Shown: positions 31,219 through 32,000 of the stretch, piece by piece
How the letters are laid out: each line of letters begins with the position of its first letter
Numbering within the stretch: the first letter of the stretch is position 1
Assembly (NCBI GenBank): GCA_049942765.1
Contig: CP188086.1
Span: 60,001-92,000, forward strand
Direction of reading: 5' to 3'
DNA: 32,000 nt
Source of the DNA: Candidatus Saccharimonadota bacterium
GTDB lineage: Bacteria; Pseudomonadota; Gammaproteobacteria; Enterobacterales; Enterobacteriaceae
The notes under the pieces: model-generated
What the model saw: only the letters and a program-made list of their open reading frames with translations
What the model was told of the DNA's origin: nothing
Database searches by the model: none
Program-made: the position numbers and the translations under genes

Positions 31219-31659
31219 ATGTATTTAAATACTTTGAGTTCATCTCCATTTGCACGATCAGATAAAAAAAGAGTAGGGAGAGGAATTGGTTCTGGATTAG
31301 GTAAAACTGCTGGACGAGGTCATAAAGGTCAAAAATCACGTTCTGGTGGTAAGATTCGTAGAGGTTTTGAAGGTGGCCAGATGCCATTGTATCGTCGTAT
31401 TCCGAAATTTGGTTTTATTTCTCGTAAACAATTTATGATGGATGAAGTAAGATTAAGTGAGTTATCAAAAATTCCGGATAAAGTTATTACTATAAAATCT
31501 TTAAAATTTTTTAATATAATTAATAGAAATATAAAAAAAGTAAAGATTATTCTTGTTGGTAAAATTAATATCCCAGTTGTTTTAAAAGGAATTCGAGTAA
31601 CTCAAGGAGCTCGTCTGCAGATTGAAGCAGCAGGTGGTAAAATTATTGAGGTATGTTAG
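31219..31659 (+). CDS. rplO: 50S ribosomal protein L15
   Basis: From ATG 31219 the ORF is 146 aa. M.LNTLS......[48 protein letters not shown]. Confidence 0.96.
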   Translation: MYLNTLSSSPFARSDKKRVGRGIGSGLGKTAGRGHKGQKSRSGGKIRRGFEGGQMPLYRRIPKFGFISRKQFMMDEVRLSELSKIPDKVITIKSLKFFNIINRNIKKVKIILVGKINIPVVLKGIRVTQGARLQIEAAGGKIIEVC

Positions 31660-31665
31660 TATCTA

Positions 31666-32000
31666 ATGGAAAAAAAAAATAAAATCAATAGTAAAATTAT
31701 TAATCATGGATGGATGGAATTAAAGCAAAGATTATTTTTGGTAATTGTGTCTTTATTAGTATTTAGAGTGGGATCTTTTATCCCTATTCCAGGTATTAAT
31801 ACAATTGAATTGTCTAATTTAATGAATAGTCAAAAAAATACAATTTTTGAGATGTTTAATATGTTTTCTGGTGGTTCTTTGAGTCGTGCTTCTGTTTTTT
31901 CTTTAGGTATTATGCCATATATTTCGGCATCTATTTTTTTTCAAATTTTAACGTTAATATATCCTACATTCAGGCATTTGAAAAAAGATGGAGAATATGG
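31666..32000 (+). CDS. secY: preprotein translocase subunit SecY, N-terminal about 111 codons (runs off the window end)
   Basis: Not in the ORF track because it is open-ended. ATG 31666 gives [45 protein letters not shown]...[29 protein letters not shown], matching the E. coli SecY N-terminus. Confidence 0.95.
   Translation, partial: MEKKNKINSKIINHGWMELKQRLFLVIVSLLVFRVGSFIPIPGINTIELSNLMNSQKNTIFEMFNMFSGGSLSRASVFSLGIMPYISASIFFQILTLIYPTFRHLKKDGEY

Overview
This window is a very AT-rich stretch of a reduced gammaproteobacterial (Enterobacterales-derived) endosymbiont chromosome. The gene order is dnaB / ssb / bioH / nfuA / prfC relic / deoBD / tRNA-Ser / aroKB / rpe / trpS / tsgA / fkpA relic / tusDCB, followed by the str, S10 and spc ribosomal operons into secY. 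From memory this matches Buchnera aphidicola, but that attribution is unverified. I call 40 protein genes (2 cut by the window edges), all housekeeping and mostly near-identical in length to the E. coli orthologues as I recall them, plus one tRNA-Ser(GGA). I found no mobile elements, CRISPR arrays, defence, toxin, secretion or biosynthetic cassettes, and I do not see a novel system here. The unusual content is genome-erosion biology: a full-length but heavily degraded prfC (RF3) pseudogene, an fkpA pseudogene, a probable yheO fragment, and several nearly GC-free spacers of 0.5-1.1 kb that I cannot assign. Smaller observations are a recomposed SSB linker with three tandem repeats, a retained S10-leader-like attenuator, a few strong hairpins, stop-codon drift in three r-protein genes, and A9-A10 tracts in intact genes. 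All comparisons were done by eye against protein sequences recalled from memory, so the relic boundaries and the weaker calls need alignment-based confirmation.
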